A stretch of DNA of 37,770 nucleotides from a virus (Duplodnaviria > Caudoviricetes). How positions within the stretch are numbered: the first letter of the stretch is position 1; each line of letters opens with the position of its first letter. The DNA lies in the IMG/VR virus record IMGVR_UViG_3300043580_000085, positions 1-37,770 of that record. One strand, 5' to 3'. Both the position numbers and the translations under genes were made by a program. Below, one piece after another: positions 32,734 to 37,770 of the stretch. The notes below the pieces were generated by a model. That model searched no databases, had not been told where the DNA came from, and saw only the letters and a program-made list of their open reading frames with translations.

Positions 32734-32954
32734 GTGGTTGCAATCGTGGTTGCACTGCATAGGTCTGACATGCATTGCATGGGGGTGCAAAGTACCTCTG
32801 AAACAGGACAATGCACCCCCATGCAGTGCCTCTCGGGCGACTCATAATCGCTCGGTCACGGGTTCGAGTCCCGTCCGCCCCACCATGCCTGACCTGCACG
32901 TCCGTCACGGTCACCATGATCCATCGGCCCGCGTGGTTGCACTGCGTGGTTGCA
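32734..32954 (+). other. attP: attP: core is the 3' half of a tRNA(CAT) (32836-32885), with arm-type repeats GTGGTTGCA
   Basis: GGCGA-CTCATAA-TCGCT anticodon arm, ACGGG-TTCGAGT-CCCGT T arm, CCGCCCC-A-CCA; no 5' tRNA half; paired GTGGTTGCA at 32734, 32746, 32933, 32946; adjacent to the 3' end of int. Confidence 0.88.
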
Positions 32955-34245
32955 TCACCTGCAACGCGGCATTCATCTGTTCCGCCCTGAGCGCCATCAA
33001 CTCCGGGCTCACGTGGGTGTACCGGGCCGACACCGAGATCTGCGAATGGCCCATCCACTCCATGATCTCCCGCCGCTCCATGCCCCGGGCGAACATCTCC
33101 GTACCGGCAGCATGGCGGGCGTCGTGCACTCGGACCTTCGACGTCACGTACTCCTGGCCGGCCTTACGCCCGCGCTGGGCGACCCGCTCGACCACCCGGA
33201 CCCGGGCGGCCACGAGAACGTCCTTCCATTGGCCCCAGTCCTGGCGCGGATCTGTCGGGCGTCCATCGTCGCGCGGGAAGACCAGGCCCCCCGACTCGCC
33301 GTCCGGGCCGACGATCCGGTTCCAGCGCGGCCCGGCGGCCATGCGCAGCTCGCGCAGCAACCGACGGTGCTCCTTGAGGACCTGCACCAGGACTTCGGGC
33401 AGTGGCAGGATGCGCCTGCCCTTCTTCGACTTGGGTGGGGTGAACACCAGACCGCCGCCGGTCCGGGACGGGCACGAGGCGGGCCGCTTGCCGCACGGCT
33501 GTTCGCAGCCGTGGCGCCACTTGAGCCGGATCAGCTCCCACTGCACCCTCAGGCTCGGCACCGGCCCGTCCAGGTCGACGTAGTCCCACATCAGGCCGAG
33601 CACCTCGCCCTGGCGCAGGCCCAGGGCCAGGGCAACCCACCATCGGGCCAGCGCACCGACCCGGGCAGCGGCGTCGAGGACGCGTCGGATCTCCTCGACG
33701 CTGAGCGGGTCGACCTCCGGGTTGCCGCCGCCGGTGGGCTTGTCGACCAGGTCGCACGGGTTGCGAGGCAGTAGCCCGCGCTTGGTGGCGACCTTCAACG
33801 CACCGCTCAAGACGTGGAAGGTTTGCAACGCGAACGCCGGGGCCGCGCGACGCTCGAAGACGGTGAAGAACGCCTCGATCGCGCCGACCATCTCGGCCAG
33901 CGGCCGACTCATCCTGATGTGGCCGATGGCAGGGATGACGTTGTGCCGCAGCGTCGACTCGTAGCCTTGCAGGGTGGATGCCCGCACCCGCCGCGGCGCG
34001 ACCGCGGTCAGGTACTCCTCCAGCCAGCTGCCGATCGTCGGGGCGGTGCCCACCTTCGGGACATGCCCGATGCGCAGCTTCTCCTGTAGGCGCTCGATTC
34101 CCTCGGCGACCTTGGCCGCTGTTCTGCCTCGGATGTGGCGACGGTCGAGCTTGCCGTCCGGCTTCTTCCCCACCGTCAGGTAGCAGTGCCACCAGCCGTC
34201 GGCCCCCTCGTAGATGGATGGCCGGCCGTTGGGTTGGCGGGGCAT
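32911..34245 (-). CDS. int: Tyrosine integrase
   Basis: LGLRQGEVLGL (R), PKSKKG (K), HDARH, MGHSQ, RYTH catalytic motifs; N-terminal arm-binding and SAM-like regions. Confidence 0.95.
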   Translation of the reverse strand: MPRQPNGRPSIYEGADGWWHCYLTVGKKPDGKLDRRHIRGRTAAKVAEGIERLQEKLRIGHVPKVGTAPTIGSWLEEYLTAVAPRRVRASTLQGYESTLRHNVIPAIGHIRMSRPLAEMVGAIEAFFTVFERRAAPAFALQTFHVLSGALKVATKRGLLPRNPCDLVDKPTGGGNPEVDPLSVEEIRRVLDAAARVGALARWWVALALGLRQGEVLGLMWDYVDLDGPVPSLRVQWELIRLKWRHGCEQPCGKRPASCPSRTGGGLVFTPPKSKKGRRILPLPEVLVQVLKEHRRLLRELRMAAGPRWNRIVGPDGESGGLVFPRDDGRPTDPRQDWGQWKDVLVAARVRVVERVAQRGRKAGQEYVTSKVRVHDARHAAGTEMFARGMERREIMEWMGHSQISVSARYTHVSPELMALRAEQMNAALQVMQPRSATTRADGSW

Positions 34246-34661
34246 CAGCCGGTCCCCTCGGTGCGTCGACGGGACCGTTCAGCGAGCATGGCCAGCGACT
34301 CGCGAATGAACAACTTCTCTGAGGCTGGCGTGGTCGGATCGTTGAGGCGGCGCATGATCAGCTTGTAGTTGGGGTCCATCGGGGGCTCCGGTTCTGCGGT
34401 GTCCCGTTCGCCGCTGATGCCGAGCGCGGCCATGGCTTCGTCGATGGGGACGCCGATGCCGGCACAGAAGGCGCGGACCTTGTTGAGTCCTGGCATGGTG
34501 CGCACGTCGCCGCGGCGCCATCGGTGGAACGTGCTGGACATGACGCCGGTGGCCCGCTCGATGTCTTTGTCGGTCATGCCGCGGTAGCGGGCCGCCGAGA
34601 GGGATCGCTCGACGAAGCGAGCGAAGCGGACGCGGATCAGGTCTTCCGATGGCGGCGACAT
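34245..34661 (-). CDS. Immunity repressor (XRE-type HTH)
   Basis: GMTDKDIERATGVMSSTFHRWRRG; coupled to int; divergent from xis; start uncertain. Confidence 0.8.
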   Translation of the reverse strand: MSPPSEDLIRVRFARFVERSLSAARYRGMTDKDIERATGVMSSTFHRWRRGDVRTMPGLNKVRAFCAGIGVPIDEAMAALGISGERDTAEPEPPMDPNYKLIMRRLNDPTTPASEKLFIRESLAMLAERSRRRTEGTG

Positions 34662-34878
34662 GGACCAATGCTCGGTGCGATTTGTGGGTCGGCTGTCCCG
34701 GTGACACTGGTGCCGCGATCGGCGGTACCGCGGCTTGCTGGGGCCGAGGCCGGCTGTCCGGCCCCACTCCATTACTGCATCGCTGTGCATAGCAATGACC
34801 GTAGTCAAAGAGGTGTCCCAGGGAATCATCCGAACGGATGACCACCGCGATTCATCGCGGTGCGCTATGGTCACCGTC

Positions 34879-35118
34879 ATGCATCGCACTAAGCCGAGTT
34901 CTGACGCGATCAGCAACAGCGATCCGGATCTTGAACGGCTGGCCTACTCCGTGCCGCAAGCGGCGGAGCTCATCGGGATCAGCGCGCGACGCCTCTGGGA
35001 CCACGTTCGCACCAAGAAGATCAAGACCTTCCGCGACGGCAACCGCCGACTGATCAGCCGGTCCGCGTGTCAGGCCTTCATCGCTCAGCGCGAGGCCGAA
35101 CAGGACGAGGTCGCCTGA
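34879..35118 (+). CDS. xis: Excisionase / HTH_17 DNA-binding protein
   Basis: LAYSVPQAAELIGISARRLW...IKTFRDGNRRLISR; TATGGT -10 box 7 nt upstream suggests a leaderless start. Confidence 0.8.
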   Translation: MHRTKPSSDAISNSDPDLERLAYSVPQAAELIGISARRLWDHVRTKKIKTFRDGNRRLISRSACQAFIAQREAEQDEVA

Positions 35119-35252
35119 TGTCTGGCACCGGAGGATCCGGCACTGGGCCAGGCGGTGGCAGCGGCACCGGACCTGGACGTCTCATCGCCCGACTGGCCTC
35201 GTTCGTCGCGAGGCACATCTTCCCGGCACTTCGAAGGGGACGATCCGCATGA
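35118..35252 (+). CDS. Small Gly-rich hypothetical protein (44 aa)
   Basis: TGATG coupling to xis. Confidence 0.4.
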   Translation: MSGTGGSGTGPGGGSGTGPGRLIARLASFVARHIFPALRRGRSA

Positions 35253-35343
35253 CCGAGCCATTTCGCCTCGGCCGGCTCACTGGCGTCGAGGCGATCCTCG
35301 ACAGCGACAACGCCGAGGCCGGTGTCGCGTGAATACCCACACA

Positions 35344-35400
35344 CCCACGCGAGGCCGGGCCGGGCATGGCCGGGCGAGGCTGGGCGAGGCGAGGCAGGGG
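35344..35400 (+). repeat. GGC-NN pentamer tract 1 (9 units), candidate guide RNA
   Basis: CCCACGC-GA, then GGC at 35353+5n with NN = CG CG AT CG GA TG GA GA AG. Confidence 0.85.
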
Positions 35401-35455
35401 CAACAGAAAGCGGCCCCCACATCTCTGTGAGGGCCACCACCAAAGGGAGTATGGC

Positions 35456-36034
35456 ATGAAGGTAAGGATCAACGCCACGGGCACACGCCCGGTACTCATG
35501 CACAACGTGCAACTAGCCTCCCCGCTGAACTCGTACGCGAAGCGGCTCAAGGCCATGAACGCGAAGCGCATCAAAACCGACGAGGACCGGATGGAGATCG
35601 CCCACGTCGAGTGGGAGGGCTCCCTCTACATGGATCCGTACATCGGCCCCTACGTGCCCGGCCCGAACGTGTACCGCTCGCTGATCAACGGGGCGAGGCT
35701 TACTAAGGCCGGGAAGAAGATCGAGCGGGGCGTCACCGTGACGGAGCTGCAGTACCCGCTGATCTACAAAGGACCGCGCGATCTCGTGGGCCTGTGGGGC
35801 GACGGCGAGTCCGAGTACGTCGACGTCCGGACTGTGCGGGTCCAGGCCGCGAAGATCGACCGCTGCCGGCCCATCTTCCGGGCGTGGGCCTTCGAGGCTG
35901 ACTGCCTGATCGACCCGCGTGTCATCGACTTCGACGAATTCGCGGAGGTCGCGCGGATGGCGGGCGAGATGGAAGGCATCGGCGACTACCGCCTCATGTA
36001 TGGGCGCTACTCGGTGGAGGTCGCCGAACTGTGA
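35456..36034 (+). CDS. Stand-alone Cas7/RAMP-like protein (192 aa)
   Basis: AGGGAG RBS; RAMP-like layout: N-terminal strand VRINATGTRPVLMH, YVPGPNVYRSLINGA helix, RCRPIFRAW, C-terminal Gly-rich loop AGEMEGIGDYRLMYGRYSV. Confidence 0.7.
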   Translation: MKVRINATGTRPVLMHNVQLASPLNSYAKRLKAMNAKRIKTDEDRMEIAHVEWEGSLYMDPYIGPYVPGPNVYRSLINGARLTKAGKKIERGVTVTELQYPLIYKGPRDLVGLWGDGESEYVDVRTVRVQAAKIDRCRPIFRAWAFEADCLIDPRVIDFDEFAEVARMAGEMEGIGDYRLMYGRYSVEVAEL

Positions 36035-36037
36035 CTT

Positions 36038-36308
36038 GGCGTGGCATGGCGAGGCCGGGCCGGGCATGGCCGGGCATGGCTGGGCGAGGCGAGGCGTGGC
36101 CAGGCTGGGCAGGGATGGCGGGCGAGGTGGCACACATCGGAGTTCGAGTCTCCGACGCCCACGCACGGCTCGGCGAGGCGCGGCTGGGCGAGGCTAGGCG
36201 TGGCTGGGCGAGGCAGGGGATGGCGGGCGGCTGGCAGCCATGTGGGTTCGAGGCCCACACGCCCACGCAAGGCGCGGCCAGGCTAGGCGTGGCTAGGCGA
36301 GGCAGGGA
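36038..36308 (+). ncRNA. Array of three GGC-NN tracts (15, 10 and 7 units) with two conserved structured linkers
   Basis: GGC phased at 36038+5n, 36167+5n and 36271+5n; each tract ends GGC-AG-GG; linkers GGATGGCGGGCG...TTCGAG...CGCCCACGC. Confidence 0.8.
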
Positions 36309-36330
36309 ACCGATAAGGGGAGCGTGAGTG

Positions 36331-36861
36331 ATGTTCGAAACCAAAGCTGACCAGCCGCAATGGCAGATCGTCTACGACCGACTATCCACCATGGAAATCG
36401 GCGACGTGGTCGAAGACCACGAGCTGCTCGGGCTCATCCCTGACGCACCACATGCCAGCGTGCGCAGCGCCTTCCACCGCGCCGTCCGCGAGGTCGAGGA
36501 CGAAATGAAGAGAACCTTTACCCGCGTGCGCCTCGTCGGCTACCGGATGGTCGAAGCACTCGAACACGAAGGCCTGGCCCGCGGCCAGCACAAGAGGGCC
36601 AAGCGGCGCATGGCCGCGGCGTGGCGGAAGGTACACAGCGCCGACCGCAAACTCCTCGCCCCTGACGACCGCCGCCGCGTCGATGCCATCGAGGACCACA
36701 TCGGCCGCCAGCAGGAGATGATCCGCCGCCTCGAAGCGCGCCAGGACAGGGCCGAAGTAAGAGTTGCCCGAACCGAAAAAGACACCGCCCACCTCTCCGA
36801 CCGCTTCGACGACCTGACCAAACTCCTTGAGCGGCACGGCATCACCGAGCCGAAGCCATGA
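36331..36861 (+). CDS. Hypothetical protein: possible wHTH N-terminus plus coiled coil
   Basis: AAGGGGAG RBS immediately after the array; helical and charged. Confidence 0.75.
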   Translation: MFETKADQPQWQIVYDRLSTMEIGDVVEDHELLGLIPDAPHASVRSAFHRAVREVEDEMKRTFTRVRLVGYRMVEALEHEGLARGQHKRAKRRMAAAWRKVHSADRKLLAPDDRRRVDAIEDHIGRQQEMIRRLEARQDRAEVRVARTEKDTAHLSDRFDDLTKLLERHGITEPKP

Positions 36862-37037
36862 CCGACACCCTCATCTTCGCCCGCCGCAGTGGTCCGGCAC
36901 CCGGCTCACCCCACCCCGACGCACCGCCACTACCCAAGCCGGTGCCGAAAGCCCTGCTGTGGCTACGAAACTTTGGCCTCGGCCTCGCCGCCGGCTGCGC
37001 CCTGGCCGACGTGCTCCTACTGGCGGTGACGAGGTGA
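36858..37037 (+). CDS. Small membrane protein (59 aa)
   Basis: ATGA coupling; Pro-rich, then a hydrophobic C-terminus. Confidence 0.45.
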   Translation: MTDTLIFARRSGPAPGSPHPDAPPLPKPVPKALLWLRNFGLGLAAGCALADVLLLAVTR

Positions 37038-37296
37038 AGGAGTACCAGAAGATATGCGACGAAATGATCGACTACGACTTGGCCCCGATCGCGCAAGAAA
37101 ACCCCGCGCTCCCGGGTCAGCGAGCCGGTAGCAGCGCGGCTGCCGTCACCCACCTCCCCAGATAGGTGACGGCACGGGGCCCGGCCCGTTTCCTGAGGGG
37201 TGCACGGGTCGGGCCCCACCAAAAGACCACGGAACGCCACAGCGCCCCGCCAAAGGTTTTGCAGCCAGACGGGGCGCCAGACAAGGAGATGATCGC

Positions 37297-37770
37297 ATGA
37301 AGCGCATCGAGTCACTCACAACGGAGCAGCTGGACCTGATAGCCGTCGTCCGTGACGAATGGCTCGCACACGGACTGTCCACCGAACGCGCCGACCGGGC
37401 CGAAGCCGTCCGCGGCGTCAACAACGCGTACCGCGAGGCCGGGCTGAAGCCACCGCACGTCGTGCTGTGGCTCGACTCGCCGCTCGCCGGCACCATCGGC
37501 TCTACGATGCTGGGCCAGGTCGGGGGCCAGGTCAGGGGCCAGGTCAGGGGCCAGGTCAGGGGCCAGGTCGGGGACCAGGTCGGGGACCAGGTCAGGGGCC
37601 AGGTCAGGGGCCAGGTCTGGGACCAGGTCTGGGACCAGGTCAGGGGCCAGGTCGGGGGCCAGGTCAGGGGCCAGGTCGGGGGCCAGGTCGGGGGCCAGGT
37701 CAGCCAGGTCAGGGGCCAGGTCTGGGACCAGGTCTGGGACCAGGTCGGGGACCAGGTCGGGGACCAGGTC
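37297..37770 (+). CDS. DUF6745-like protein with tetrapeptide repeats (runs off the window)
   Basis: AAGGAG RBS; IESLT.EQ...[16 protein letters not shown]...AY..AGL.PP..VLWLDSP, then (G/D)QV(R/G/W) repeats; absent from the ORF track because it has no stop in the window. Confidence 0.75.
   Translation, partial: MKRIESLTTEQLDLIAVVRDEWLAHGLSTERADRAEAVRGVNNAYREAGLKPPHVVLWLDSPLAGTIGSTMLGQVGGQVRGQVRGQVRGQVGDQVGDQVRGQVRGQVWDQVWDQVRGQVGGQVRGQVGGQVGGQVSQVRGQVWDQVWDQVGDQVGDQV
37513..37770 (+). repeat. 12-bp coding tandem repeat G(G/A)CCAGGTC(A/G/T)GG
   Basis: About 21 units; one 9-bp unit keeps the frame. Confidence 0.9.

Larger units (their letters stand above)
1..37770. mobile_element. Temperate actinobacterial siphovirus genome (partial, non-integrated form)
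   Basis: Canonical head-neck-tail-lysis synteny, tyrosine integrase, repressor, excisionase and intact attP; high GC; no host housekeeping genes in the window. Confidence 0.95.

Noticed and set aside
32836-32885. Complete tRNA gene
   Set aside because: Only the anticodon arm through CCA is present; there is no 5' acceptor strand or D arm, so it is an att core
34903-34911. GACGCGATC matching the contiguous NN string of tracts 1 and 2 near the xis start
   Set aside because: A 9-nt match in GC-rich DNA that does not extend; expected by chance
35344-36308. Classical CRISPR array or simple microsatellite
   Set aside because: No 25-45 nt repeats with unique spacers; NN positions are heterogeneous while GGC is invariant, unlike a homogenised satellite
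35919-36344. Overlapping Arg/Gly/Ala-rich ORFs across the pentamer array (for example 36031..36327)
   Set aside because: By-products of a stop-poor 5-nt repeat; no RBS; the period is incompatible with codon structure
37609-37638. Self-target of tract 3 read as NN-x (TG.GA.TA.GT.TG.GA versus TGGGACCAGGTCTGGGAC)
   Set aside because: Only about 13 of 18 positions match, in a low-complexity repeat, and it was found by eye; not distinguishable from chance without a proper search
37513-37770. Non-coding array or DGR-type variable region
   Set aside because: In-frame coding repeat; no reverse transcriptase or template-repeat pair in the window

Overview
The window is most of a high-GC temperate actinobacterial siphovirus genome in non-integrated form, since an intact attP is present. 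Gene order: HNH, terminase, portal, protease/scaffold, capsid, neck, tail (with a -1 frameshifted chaperone), tape measure, lysis cassette, an accessory region, tRNA-targeting attP/integrase/repressor/excisionase, then the start of the early right arm. The most striking element (about 35.33-36.86 kb) is a stand-alone Cas7/RAMP-like gene flanked by four tracts of strictly phased GGC-NN pentamers. The downstream tracts are separated by conserved, covarying tRNA-elbow-like linkers. This looks like a non-CRISPR RNA-guided system in which the variable dinucleotides carry the guide information. The accessory region also holds a Ro60/TROVE gene with two tandem Y-RNA-like ncRNAs bounded by 21-bp direct repeats, and a lone type I-E-like repeat-spacer-repeat unit with its own promoter, inside a candidate anti-defence operon apparently regulated by an RHH protein. 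The portal and prohead protease carry modular extensions separated by assemblin-like (V/I/L)-x-A-S sites. All product calls come from motif recognition and synteny; no database searches were run.
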